A DNA stretch of 53,552 nt from Octopus bimaculoides (taxonomy: Eukaryota), in NCBI RefSeq assembly GCF_001194135.2, contig NC_068983.1, positions 22,842,361 through 22,895,912 of the forward strand, read 5' to 3'. Every line of letters begins with the position of its first letter. Positions within the stretch are counted from its first letter, which is position 1. The position numbers and the translations under genes are program-made. The notes below the pieces were generated by a model. It saw only the letters and a program-made list of their open reading frames with translations, did not search any database and was not told where the DNA came from. Positions 37,211 to 49,646 of this stretch are shown here, piece after piece.

Positions 37211-37507
37211 ACATGCATTTGTTTATATTAATAGTATCTTACATAAATATACTATTTTTTATTCAGATTAAGACAATATATGCATGTATTTAATTACACA
37301 CACACACACGCATACGCGCGCACACACAAACACACACATGCAAAGACATATACAAACACAATACATGCACATTCACATACACGCAGACATACATACAAAC
37401 ACACAATACACACACACATTCACACACGCAGACTCAAACACACACACACACACATGTATGTAAATGTATATGCATGTACGTGAATACGAATGGATTTATA
37501 GACATAC

Positions 37508-37564
<57 letters not shown>

Positions 37565-37969
37565 NNNNNNNNNNNNNNNNNNNNNNNNNNNNNNNNNNNN
37601 NNNNNNNNNNNNNNNNNNNNNNNNNNNNNNNNNNNNNNNNNNNNNNNNNNNNNNNNNNNNNNNNNNNNNNNNNNNNNNNNNNNNNNNNNNNNNNNNNNNN
37701 NNNNNNNNNNNNNNNNNNNNNNNNNNNNNNNNNNNNNNNNNNNNNNNNNNNNNNNNNNNNNNNNNNNNNNNNNNNNNNNNNNNNNNNNNNNNNNNNNNNN
37801 NNNNNNNNNNNNNNNNNNNNNNNNNNNNNNNNNNNNNNNNNNNNNNNNNNNNNNNNNNNNNNNNNNNNNNNNNNNNNNNNNNNNNNNNNNNNNNNNNNNN
37901 NNNGCATTTATACAATATATTGTATATTGTGTGTGTGTGTGTATGTGTGTGTGTGTGCGTGTGTGTGTG

Positions 37970-38195
37970 TGCGTGCGTGTTTGTCTTTGTGTCTGTGTTT
38001 GTCCCCCCCACCACCACCACAGCTTGACGACCGGTGTTGGTGTGTTTACGTCCTCGTAATTTGGCGGTTCGGCAAAAGAATAAGTACCAGGCTTTAAAAA
38101 AAAATGTGCTGAGATCGGTTCGTTTGACTAAGCTTCTTCAAGACGGTGCCCCAGCATGGCCACGGTCTAATGACTGAAACAAGTAAAAGATAAAA
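37970..38195 (+). mobile_element. SINE family A 3' half (another at 39503-39637 +)
   Basis: GCTTGACGACCGGTGTTGGTGTGTTTACG...ATGACTGAAACAAGTAAAAGATAAAAG. Confidence 0.85.
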
Positions 38196-38341
38196 GATAT
38201 TGGTAATCAAGAACATGATCTACAACTGTAGTTCTCAACCGGAGTCCACACGACGCTTAGGGGTCCACGCGATGCTTGGGGTGGGGGGCACATAAGATTT
38301 TGTTGTTAAAGTTTATGTGCAATAAATTGGTTATACTTCTA

Positions 38342-38468
38342 CAGGGTATCCACAAAGTCTGGGTACATGGCGATTAACACATACTTTAAGAAATTATTAT
38401 TCCTTATATTTTATTGTTTATGTTATAATTTTATTTACTCCATGTATCCTGACCTTATGGACACCCTG
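38342..38468. mobile_element. 127-bp Tc1/mariner MITE with TA TSD
   Basis: TA|CAGGGTATCCACAAAGTCTGGGTACA ... TGTATCCTGACCTTATGGACACCCTG|TA. Confidence 0.9.
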
Positions 38469-38620
38469 TATAATACACAAAATATTTTAACAATTTTTTA
38501 ATACAATTCCTAATTATATTTAATTATAAAAATATAATATGATTTAAAACAAAAAAAAATTAAATATGAGGGTCCAGTAGGATAAAATAGGGATCAAAGG
38601 AGTCCATAGACAAAGAAAAT

Positions 38621-38870
38621 GGAGGCACGTGGTTTAGTGGTTAGGGTGTTGGACTCATGATCGTAAGATTGTGGTTTCGATCCCTGGACCGGGCGACGCG
38701 TTGTGTTCTTGATCAAAACACTTCATATCACGTTGCTCCAGTTCACTCAGCTGCCGAAAATGAATAATCTTGCGACGGACCAACGTCCCGTCCAAGTGGG
38801 GAATACATACGCCGGGAAACTAGCCCTTATGCGTCAGTATGACTCGAGAAGGTAACTTTACCTTTTACTT
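38621..38870 (+). mobile_element. SINE family C with an alternative tail (GACTCGAGAAGGTAACTTTACCTTT)
   Basis: Head and core nearly identical to the 13417 copy; flanking direct repeat GAAAATGG at 38615 and 38878. Confidence 0.9.
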
Positions 38871-41800
38871 CATAGGGGAAAATGGTTGGGAAATACTGAT
38901 CTGCAAGAAAGAACGAAGAAAAACCAAAGAAGAGTATATGAGGAACTGAGAATNNNNNNNNNNNNNNNNNNNNNNNNNNNNNNNNNNNNNNNNNNNNNNN
39001 NNNNNNNNNNNNNNNNNNNNNNNNNNNNNNNNNNNNNNNNNNNNNNNNNNNNNNNNNNNNNNNNNNNNNNNNNNNNNNNNNNNNNNNNNNNNNNNNNNNN
39101 NNNNNNNNNNNNNNNNNNNNNNNNNNNNNNNNNNNNNNNNNNNNNNNNNNNNNNNNNNNNNNNNNNNNNNNNNNNNNNNNNNNNNNNNNNNNNNNNNNNN
39201 NNNNNNNNNNNNNNNNNNNNNNNNNNNNNNNNNNNNNNNNNNNNNNNNNNNNNNNNNNNNNNNNNNNNNNNNNNNNNNNNNNNNNNNNNNNNNNNNNNNN
39301 NNNNNNNNNNNNNNNNNNNNNNNNNNNNNNNNNNNNNNNNNNNNNNNNNNNNNNNNNNNNNNNNNNNNNNNNNNNNNNNNNNNNNNNNNNNNNNNNNNNN
39401 NNNNNNNNNNNNNNNNNNNNNNNNNNNNNNNNNNNNNNNNNNNNNNNNNNNNNNNNNNNNNNNNNNNNNNNNNNNNNNNNNNNNNNNNNNNNNNNNNNNN
39501 NNTAGCGGTTCGGCAAAAGCGACCGATAGAATAAGTACTAGGCTTACAAAGAATAAGTCCTGGGGTCGATTTGTTCGACTAAAGGCGGTGCTCCAGCATG
39601 GCCGCAGTCAAATGACTGAAACAAGTAAAAGAGTAAGAAAATGTTGTTTTTACAGAAATTTTGAAGGATAGCCATATATTGCAGATAGCAAGAGGAGTGA
39701 GTATGAAAGAAAATTCGATTTCTACATATATATATGACAATTGGAGTGAGGGGTGTTAAGGCTCTCATGGAGGTCTTTTGTATGAAAGAAAACTGATAAA
39801 TAAATGGTTTCATTGCACAATATTTTAAGTGTGTGGGAAGAGATTATTTTTAATCAGTTTGATTAAACTATGTTGTAAGGTCATAAGTAGGCAAGGATCG
39901 ACTGACCTGTTTGAAATGTATTGCTAGGTAGGGCATGGCGAAGTCGTTGTAGTTAGCAGTTGTAAAATGATAGGAGGATTGACAATAAAGGTGAATAGAA
40001 AAAAAAAAATGAGAGAGAAGAATAATGGAAAAAAAAATATTATTGAAATTATAAATGTTAATATGAATAATAAATAAGGTGGAATTGTATGGGGGGGGGG
40101 GAATATCGCAATAAGAGGAAGAATAAATAAATAAATGTAATATACAAAAAAAAAAATAACTGAAGGAGTGTCTCAGCAATCATTGAGGCACTTCGATACA
40201 TTATTAACTATCTTAGCAAAATCTTGAGAAGCTGGGTTTCACAAAACCAGGAAGGACACGGCTGAACTTATTAGGAAATTACGGCTGCAAGTCATTAAAG
40301 ATATTGTGAAACTATCAAACATTCCAGGTGCTTAGCGTGTAATAAGCGCATATACACACGTGTAAACATACAAACATATGTAAGTGTAACGACATCTATG
40401 CTTGCGCACATACATATGTGTGAATATATGTAAGAGTGTACGCAAGCCATATGTGCATACATATGTGTATTTATATGCATATATTTGCATATATAGTAAA
40501 GAGGATAACACACTGTAATGAGCAAAATAATGTTTAATCAATTGAAATTACATTAGTAATGAAGAAAAAATTCGTATGCTTCAATGATTAATTCTGTTAA
40601 GACTGGCAAGGAACACAACTCTGAAATCTAAAGGGATGTATGCAGTGGGAAGTGAGTCTAATTGTTGGTAAATATTTTTTGGTCTGGTTAAACCTCATCA
40701 GCGAAGTATAGTCTGACCAGATCTTGATGACCCAGATATATTAAGAATTTGATTAGATAATTATTGGACAGATTTGACAACGTAATAATATAACTGAGCA
40801 CAATTTCCCAAAGAGCTCTTCTGCATGAAGAACGCATAGTTAAGTGCGGGCTAATATAGCTAACATATTTAATGTAGTGAACAAAAAAAAGAATGGTATT
40901 AACTGAAATAACAGCCATAATTAAGAGAAAAATCATTAGCTTTAATGTTTAATTATTATCAAGAAAATCAATGAAACAACTCGGTAATCCAAATTAATTA
41001 AAAATTGAATTGTGGAACATGCAGTATGGTGTGTGTTTGATCTTTAGCGAAAAGGATGACAATTCTGGACTATTTTGGTCTTATTAAACCTTCCCGGCGA
41101 TGCATAGTCAAACCTTTACTTACCAGAACCTAGGTGATTTAAGTTGTGTGTCTGGCTGAGTGTGTGAAGTATCAATCGAGCTATCTGCTTATAGTTGATG
41201 GGTTCGAACCTATTTCATGCGTTTCGTTCAAGATATGGACACAGTTTTATGTTCGACATTGCGTCAGTTGTCAAACATAAGTATCAAATCATTTGGTAAT
41301 ACAATCGACTGTTGTCCAATCCAAGCTGAAATTTATCCCTCATTCGCTCAGTGTCACAAAACCGGTCCTTAAAACAGCCTTCTTTTCGTGGCTTTATGGG
41401 GAGATTTTCATAATGTCACATTTACACTGCAACTTCAGGCATGGTGTATTTAAGCAATTCTTTCGACTAGATTACCCATATTTATTGTTCAATGCGTTGC
41501 AAGCTAGCATTGGCATAGGACGAAATTAGATTGGTACTTTTCGTGGTGACATTAAAAATTCCAGAATATTTTACGCCTGGCAAAAGTCCGCGTGTGTTAA
41601 TACTATAGTTATGGCTATTGTTGTTATTGCTGGTTTTGTTGTACCAAGTGCATCATTAGAATTGTTCACATTAGTGTTATTGTCTGTAGAAATGTTAGTA
41701 TTTTTTTTAATGTGCGATTTACTGTAAAATATTCTCGTTAGTTTTCTTCTTTCTTTCACATTTGTTTAAATATTTGGGATACATATTCATTTAGGCTTAG

Positions 41801-41989
41801 GTGGGATATTCCACTAAGCCATATTATGCATGTGTCTAAATAAATAAGAAAGAATGAAATATATCCACAAACAGACCATTTTTTTTCTCTTATTTCCAAG
41901 ATGTTCGAAAACTCTCAGAACGTTGCGTGTGTCTCGATAAGTGACTGTAACAAACATGCAAATAAAAAGTAAATAGTAATAATAATAAT

Positions 41990-42365
41990 CTTTTCTACTA
42001 TATGCACAAGGCCTGAAATTGTGTGGAAAGGGGCAACTCGATTGCATCGACCCCAGTGTTTCACTGGTACTTATTTTATCTATCCCGAAAGGCTGAAAGG
42101 CAAAATCGACCTCGGCGAAATTTGAACTCAGAACGTAAGGACGGATGAAATGCCGCTAAGCATTTTGCCCGGCGTGCTAACGATTCTGCCAGCTCACCAC
42201 TTTTAATGCGGGGAAGAGGATAAGCCGATTACCTCGATCCCAGGGTTCAACTAGGGCTTATCTTGTCGATCTCGGCGGAATTTGAACTCCGAATGTAGAG
42301 ACGGATGAAATGCTGCTATGCATTTTGCTCGGTGTGCTAATGATTCTGCCAGCTCACCACCTTAC
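41990..42365 (-). mobile_element. Two tandem SINE family B copies, the second internally deleted
   Basis: Both end GATTCTGCCAGCTCACCAC; the second lacks the CCCGAAAGGATGAAAGGCAAA segment. Confidence 0.88.
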
Positions 42366-42393
42366 TAATAATAATAATAATAATAATAATAAT

Positions 42394-42519
42394 ACACTTT
42401 CGATAGAGTGAAAATAAGTGCACCACAACGAACCACAGCACATATCCAAAGCACACAGAGCTGCGTTTGGTAGTGCAGTGAAAGCACGTGATAAAAAATA
42501 AGACTACTGAATAATAATA
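42394..42519 (+). mobile_element. About 120-bp element between (TAA)n tracts, possible 3' tip of an R4/Dong-type LINE
   Basis: (TAA)n on both sides, ends CTACTGA(ATA)n. Clade assignment rests on recalled (TAA)n targeting by Dong elements and is not verified. Confidence 0.4.
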
Positions 42520-42980
42520 GCAAATATTCTGCTTAATACCACAGATTTGCTTTCAGTTGTTTGACTTTGTTGAGCATGTCCCTTGGTGACTGACGATATG
42601 TGCATCTCTGATCATGAGCAGAAGTAGTGGGGGTGCATCATAGCCATGTGTTGAGAGGAATTCTTTGGGGTTTGAATAATTCACCTTTGGAAACATGGGT
42701 GTTTTGCTCAACATCCTTAAAAAAACCTTATTCAGGGACCTTTTGAGCGGGATGGGCTACTCGACCTGAAGAAAATTCTAACTGGGCCCCCACCTGCGAG
42801 GTCATGTGTTGTTTATCTTGATATGAGATCACCATGTCGCGCACATATGGTTGTGATGCATTTGCCTGGTGTACCCTTATCAGATGGGTAGTCATGATGG
42901 GTGTAATGGGCTTCGTATATTTTACCCCAGTGTCACTTTGATGGCATGCACTTGCTCTCTCACTCAATAATAATAATAAT
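42520..42980 (+). mobile_element. Repeat family F, longer copy with (AAT)n tail
   Basis: Shares sequence with 31899-32165. Confidence 0.78.
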
Positions 42981-44472
42981 AGTCTCAAATTTTGGCACAA
43001 GGAGCAGCAATTTTGGGGGAGGGGATTTGTTGATTACATCGACCCCCAGTGTTCAATTGGTACTTATTTTATCGAACCCGATAGGATGAAAGGCAAAGTC
43101 GACCTAGGCGGAATTTGATAATAATGATAATAATATTTACTGTTTATACTTTCTAATGTGTAAAGGTTGGATTGCATAATCTGATAGCAATTACAACAAC
43201 AAAAAGTAAGACAGGTGAAGGGTAAATAGTTTATGAGAATTATGAAATATCCTGGAAGAAAACACGACAGTAACGATAACAAAATTTGACGTCATAGCCT
43301 CTTATTTTTGTACTTCACATATGACGTCCATTTGTAATCGGTGGCGATGTAATTGGTTCAAGTGTTATCAGTTTGACATTGTACTCTTTTAACAAATGAA
43401 ATTTAGGATAAACTCAAGCTCTGTGGGCGAAGCTTTGGCTTTATGCTTTATTTTTTTTTTAGCTTTACATTAGCACAAGGCCACATATTCGTCGGAGAGA
43501 AGATTTGACTTGTTTTGGACGCTCAGCTCCTTTTAGAGTTGTAGTTGTTGCCATTGTGACACATGACGTATCCTGAAAATGTTTTAGACTTGACGAAACC
43601 CATCCGTCTCCAAGTTTAAACAAAGACAATTTATCCTCCTCCTCGCCCCAATATAAAAAGGAAGAATAAACTTGTTCTAAGTAAGAGAGACGTAAAAGAG
43701 AAGGACCGACTCCAGTAGAGTACTGTCGCGTTAATTTTTGACTCCGAAAGAATAAAAAGTAAAATATAACGGTGGTGGTATTTGTACTCAGATCAGAGAA
43801 AATCAGGACGAATATCGTCAAGAAATCTTGGCTACATTATAACAACTCGACCAAACTCATCTCCGGAGAAAAAGCGTCGTAGATTAAAATATATACCTCA
43901 GCATTTCACGGCAACGTATTTTGTCAAGTAGAGGAAGATGATATGCATAACTGATCTCGGGGGAATACAACCTCAGAATATGAGAGAAAGTAATTAAATA
44001 CCACAAGGCATTTTGTCCTGTGCTCTAACGGTTCCACCACTCCTTCTCCCGAATAGCCTTGGCAACATGCTGTCACACCTTGGTGCAGATGTGTTGCCAA
44101 CTTAATCGACCCTACTGTCTGACAGGTAGTTTTCCTATCGACTTTGACAGGATTTGAACTCAGTTTATAAAGGGAGGTGGTTATATATCGAAGCTTTATC
44201 GTTTCCATGTTAAGATTTCTAACAGCGGTACAAGTTCGCACAATCTGAAGGGAGGATATAGTCGATCAGATCACCCGTAGTTCTCGACTGGTACTCGCTT
44301 TATCGACTCCGGAAGGATGAAAACCAAAAATGACACCACTGAAACTTGAACTAAGAACTTAAAGAACAATAGCAGAGCAATTTGTTCAGTACTTTACTGA
44401 ATGTGTAACTCCACCGCCCTCTGTAATGGAATAATGCAATTTTATATTAATAATATTCAGAGGCAGGGCAAA

Positions 44473-45820
44473 GCGGCGAGCTGGCAGAAACGTTAGCACG
44501 CCGGTCGAACTGTGAATTATTGTGAATACTGTTGTGTTACTTTGTGAAAACTGTCTCGGTGAATAATTGTGATTTTTGTGGAATTATTACGGTTACATTT
44601 CACGTGAGCTGCTGCATTTTTCCCAGCTATGGCAAGTGGTAGTGTCTCCAGTATGGAGAGCTACGCCAAAGCCACTGTGGTGAGGAAGCTAGCGCCGCTA
44701 GAAACCAAGTTAATCAAGTTGGATTCTGAGGACAGTAGCGTATCGTACACAGGCTGTCGAAACCGGTAAAATTGAAATGGTGACGGAAGAAGAAATTGAG
44801 GAGTGTCTGGGTGACTTACAGTCACACAAACATGCAGAACCACAGACAGATAAACACACAGAAATACAGTCACAAAGAAATATAGAAGAACAGACGCATG
44901 GTAGTACAGAATCACAAAAACAAAAACGAACAGACATACAGACACAAGAGGTACATAGGAACAGCATATATTTGATGTCATATCGATACACACAAAAAAT
45001 AGAGAAGATATCCAAAATAAAAGACATTGTCAAAGTGAACCTCTCGGACCGTTGCGATAAGGAGGCAAGATGGATTTTAATAGAAAAAGAAAAGTATAAC
45101 AAATTAAAAGAGGTTTTCCCGACAGATATAAACCCACTAGGGCCCGAGGTGAATTTCGAACCCAGCGCTCNNNNNNNNNNNNNNNNNNNNNNNNNNNNNN
45201 NNNNNNTGAGTAGTTTTATTTTGGATAAATTATTGAGATAATTTTGAAAAGAACTATCGAAGACTGTGAAAGGAACTATTAAGAACTGTTGAAATAATTG
45301 AAATAACGCGGCCGCCCCGGGGTGGCCGTCCCATCATCATTGTTTAATTTCATTGTTCCATTCTATCATGTGTTAATTGTCCCCGCATGTGTGTATTGTC
45401 CCATCTGTGTTTAGCCCCTTGTGGGTAATAAAGAAATTGGTAATTCGTCTGCCGTTACGTTCTGAGTTCAAATTCCACCGAGGTCGACTTTGCCTTTCAT
45501 CCTTTCAGGGTCAATAAATTAAGTACCAGTTACGCACTGAGATCGATGTAATCGACTTAATCCCTTGTTTGTCCCTTTTATTTTTAGCCCCTTGTGGGCA
45601 ATAAAGAAATAAGAAACGTTAGCACGCTGGACAAAAGTACTTACCAATATTTCGTCCCTTTTCACGTTCTGATTTCAAATTCTGCCAGGTCGTATTTGCT
45701 TTTCATCTTTTCGGGGTCAATAAAATAAGTACCTGCTGAACACTGGTGTCAATGTAATTGACTTACACCCCTCCCCCGAAATTGCTGACCTTGTGTCAAA
45801 ATTTGAAATCAGTAATATCC
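44473..45820 (+). mobile_element. Composite: SINE B head (44473-44509), about 930-bp insert, SINE B body (45439-45610), second SINE B unit (45612-45820)
   Basis: GCGGCGAGCTGGCAGAAACGTTAGCACGCCGGTCGAA| ... |GGTAATTCGTCTGCCGTTACGTTCTGAGTTCAAATTCC; about 9 nt of the usual SINE sequence is missing at the junction. Confidence 0.8.
44629..45241 (+). pseudogene. ORF1/gag-like reading frame of a small retroelement-like insert, one frameshift, crosses a 36-N gap
   Basis: MASGSVSSMESYAKATVVRKLAPLETKLIKL then (+1 frame) KIEMVTEEEIEECL...KIKDIVKVNLSDRCDKEARWILIEKEKYNKLKEVFP. ORF1 identity is inference from position and composition. Confidence 0.4.
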
Positions 45821-45888
45821 AAAGGAGGTTGATAACGAAGTTTAAATGTTAAGAATCGTAAGTTCAACACATCTTTTTTATGACTTAG

Positions 45889-45940
45889 TCATGTGAAAGA
45901 TGGTGATGTTCTCATGACGTTCACGGGCAGCCCAAGACTG
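45889..45940 (+). CDS. Candidate 52-nt exon, unassigned: HVKDGDVLMTFTGSPRL
   Basis: tcttttttatgacttag| acceptor, CTG|gtgaga donor, only one frame open (phase 2 to 0). Confidence 0.4.
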
Positions 45941-46913
45941 GTGAGATCGATGGAGTATATGTTAACCTTTTGGAGTAAGTGAAATTGGATCAAATGAGAG
46001 TTTCCAGATGCTTACTGCCCTTCTATAGCAGTTAACGCAATGCTCAGTTATTGGCTCTAATTTTATCGATCACAAAAATCAATTAAAATGCAATGAATTG
46101 GCAGAGTCATTAGAGCGTCGGACAGAATGCCTTATCGTATTTGTTCCGACTCTCTACACTCTAAATTCAAATCTCACCAAGTTGAACTTTGCCTTCCTTC
46201 CCTTTAGAGTTAGCAAAATAGTAATTCAGGGTGGATTTCTCTTCTTCTTTCCCTGTCCCCCTTCTTTCTCTATCTAGAAGAAATTGCTTGTTGTTAGATC
46301 TAAAGAGGGATGATTACCACCAGGTTTAGAAAACCAATACACATTCAGTGTTACGACGACGCCCCTACGATTCCATCGGTAGTTTAGGCCTGGAAGCAAA
46401 GCAGAGCATGTTATCAACACTGAAAAGCTAAGTTGACTATAAACAACACTAAGATTTAAATTCATAGCTATAAAAACAAAATTAAATATTGTAAATTATG
46501 ATTTCGCATCTTTGTGAGAAACCTGTGCGGTATTATAAAATCAACATCTTCAAAACAGAATGAGTCTCTGTGCTAAATGAAACCAATATGATGTAATTTA
46601 TTTGTCCACAGATAGTAGCATTTGTTCTCTTGGACGTCGGAGTTTTACTTCAATAAAATTAAAGAGATGAATGGTTTACTCAATCTGCATGCTCCCACCT
46701 AATTTGTTCGGTAGCCAAACAATTATCTGAAAAATGATCATTGCCAAATGATTAAGTGCAAATATTATTAGTCATGTTATACATGGAAAACTTCCAGCAC
46801 GCCACCACAAAATCTAAATATTGCGTGCAAATTAGATATTCAATTTTAAAAAATAAATGCGGTAAACTCCGAAGCAGTTTTATTTTAGAAATTGTCGCAT
46901 GATTCAATTTTTT

Positions 46914-46992
46914 CACCCTGAAAGCCTCAGTTATTGTCCAATCACCGAAGTTAAGCAACGTCAAGCTTAGATATGACTTAAGATAGGAGATG
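46914..46992 (+). pseudogene. 5S rRNA-derived fragment
   Basis: GTCCAATCACCGAAGTTAAGCAACGTCAAGC matches the conserved 5S segment GTCCGATCACCGAAGTTAAGCAACGTCGAGC; both ends are lost or degenerate. Confidence 0.75.
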
Positions 46993-47039
46993 GAAGAAAT
47001 CATTACTTTTCGATTTATCATATTCGTTTCAACGTCTGT

Positions 47040-47400
47040 CGGTGCAGGCATGGCTGATATGGTTAAAACGTTCGCCTCGCGACTACGTTGTTTTCGGTTC
47101 AGTCCCATTGCGCGGCATCTTGGGCAGGTGTCTTCTAATATAGTCCGGGCCGACTAATGAGTGAAGATTTCGGTTCACAGAAACTCAGCGGAAGCCCAGC
47201 GCGCGCGCGTGTGTATGTGTGTGTGTATGTATGAATGTATGTTTGTATGTACACGCACGTGTGAGTGTGGTTTCTTGTTTGTCATCAGTTGACATTTGGT
47301 GTTAGTTTGTTTACATATCCGTAACTTAACGGTTCGAAGTTGATTTCATCATCCAAACTTTTCAAGGCAGTAACCTCAACGTTGAATGAACGTAAAGGTA
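47040..47400 (+). mobile_element. Old SINE family A copy (another at 47690-48165 +)
   Basis: GGTTCAGTCCCATTGCGCGGCATCTTGGGCAGGTGTCTTCTAATATAG...GAAACTCAGCGGAAGCCC. Confidence 0.8.
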
Positions 47401-48399
47401 TTTGTTCGTATCTCAGGCTTTAAATTAATTCGTTTCGTTCTTATTTCTTTTCTTCTCTATGATAAAGGAAACGTAGCAGATCAAATCGTATGCTAAACAC
47501 AGAGCAGAATGAGTCGTGGAATCCGAAATGGTGATTCATCGGTTGTCAGTTCGAGATTCAACTGAACTGAACAGACGCGCCTCTATATTATAATTAAATA
47601 TAATGAAAGTAATAAAACAACAAAAATGTTTGGATACAAATCCTTCATCTTATAAGAATAAGCAGGAAATAAATTATAAGAAAGAATGACATGGTTGTGT
47701 TGTTAAGAAGCTCACTTTTCAAAAATCGTAGTTTTGGGTTCAGTCCCACTGCAGAGCACCATGGACAAGTTTTTTTTTTGTTTTTTTTTCCTATTATAGA
47801 TAGCTCCGGGCCGACCAATACTTTGTAAGTGAATTTGGTAGGCAGGAACTGTGTGAAAACTCGTCGTGTGTGTATGTGTGCATGGGTGTGTGCATGTGTG
47901 TGTGTATGCCCATGTATCTCTATCTGGGTTTGTCTTAGTGTCTGTGTTTGTTACATACCCCAGCCACCGCTTGACGGTCAGTGTTGATTTGCTTATGTCC
48001 CCGTAACATATCGGTTCGCCAAAAGAGACCAATAGAATGAGTACCGATTTTAAAGTCTTAAAAGAAAACAACATAAATACTGGTGTCGATTCGTTCAACT
48101 AAAAGCTTTTAAAGCAGTGCCCCAGCATGACCGCAGTCCAATGCCTGAAACAAGGAAAAGATAAAAACGAGATATTTATTATCTTTCCAATGGAATTAGC
48201 TTTACAGGAATAGTCGAATGATATCGAACTCTACACACCACGAGAGTGCCGTTAAGCATACCAGTCGTTAAGGGGTCGCATTGGACGTCACTGCTCCCTC
48301 ACTATTCAATGGTGCACCCTCAGATTACAAAAATCTTCCTGCAATATGTTTCTTGAAGCCTAACTAATTTTTTTCTTAAACCAGGGAAATCCTCTTAGC

Positions 48400-48585
48400 A
48401 GGAGGAGCATAGGGCCGGTTTCCCGGGTTCCATGGCTAGCCAGTCCAACGCAGCTTTTTACTCAAGAAACAGGAAGAAAGAGTGAGAGAAAGTTGGGGCG
48501 GAAGAGTACAACAGGGGTCGCCACCACCCCCTGCCGGAGCCTCGTGGAGCTTTTTAGGTGTTTTCGCTCAATAAACACACACAAC
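48400..48585 (-). mobile_element. Chimeric SINE: family D 5' body joined to a family C-type tail
   Basis: GAAACAGGAAGAAAGAGTGAGAGAAAG...CTCAATAAACAC (D) abuts CCAGTCCAACGCAGC and GGCCGGTTTCCCGG (C tail). Confidence 0.75.
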
Positions 48586-49613
48586 NNNNNNNNNNNNNNN
48601 NNNNNNNNNNNNNNNNNNNNNNNNNNNNNNNNNNNNNNNNNNNNNNNNNNNNNNNNNNNNNNNNNNNNNNNNNNNNNNNNNNNNNNNNNNNNNNNNNNNN
48701 NNNNNNNNNNNNNNNNNNNNNNNNNNNNNNNNNNNNNNNNNNNNNNNNNNNNNNNNNNNNNNNNNNNNNNNNNNNNNNNNNNNNNNNNNNNNNNNNNNNN
48801 NNNNNNNNNNNNNNNNNNNNNNNNNNNNNNNNNNNNNNNNNNNNNNNNNNNNNNNNNNNNNNNNNNNNNNNNNNNNNNNNNNNNNNNNNNNNNNNNNNNN
48901 NNNNNNNNNNNNNNNNNNNNNNNNNNNNNNNNNNNNNNNNNNNNNNNNNNNNNNNNNNNNNNNNNNNNNNNNNNNNNNNNNNNNNNNNNNNNNNNNNNNN
49001 NNNNNNNNNNNNNNNNNNNNNNNNNNNNNNNNNNNNNNNNNNNNNNNNNNNNNNNNNNNNNNNNNNNNNNNNNNNNNNNNNNNNNNNNNNNNNNNNNNNN
49101 NNNNNNNNNNNNNNNNNNNNNNNNNNNNNNNNNNNNNNNNNNNNNNGTAAAGAATTTTTTAAGGCAGCGATCTGGCAAGATCGTTACCACACCGGACAAA
49201 ATGCTTAGTAGTATTTCTTCCGGTTTTATAGTCTGAGTTAAAATGCTGCCGAGATTGACTTTGCGTGTCATTCTTTCGGAGTTGGTGAAATAAGTACGAA
49301 GTTAAGTACTGGCATCGATGTAATCGACTAGTCCCCTCCCCTAAAATTTCAGGCCCTATGTCTATAAGTAGAACGAATCACTGTTGGTAGGCGATGGCTG
49401 ATACACGTAAAAAAAGTTATGTGTATTTTTTTCCTAACTCCATAACACGACTGTCACTGTTGAGTCATGATTTATCCTTAGTACTCACCACTTCTCAAAT
49501 ATGTTAACCAAATAATTTTTATGGTTCAGTGATTTTATTCTAACAGAAAGTGTTATGCGTTGTGGTGGGATAGCAAAAATCTACAGAAATTCCTTGTTAA
49601 ATGAAGCATGTTA

Positions 49614-49646
<33 letters not shown>

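Larger units (their letters stand above)
38226..38898. mobile_element. hAT (Charlie-type) MITE with 8-bp TSD, hosting two later insertions
   Basis: ATCTACAA|CTGTAGTTCTCAACC ... GGTTGGGAAATACTG|ATCTGCAA; TSD has a central TA and one mismatch. Confidence 0.8.

Noticed and set aside
2492-49271. Long ORFs in the track containing X runs or HT/VC/ER/LS/poly-I repeats
   Set aside because: They stay open only because of N gaps and CA, GA, AAT or AGT microsatellites.
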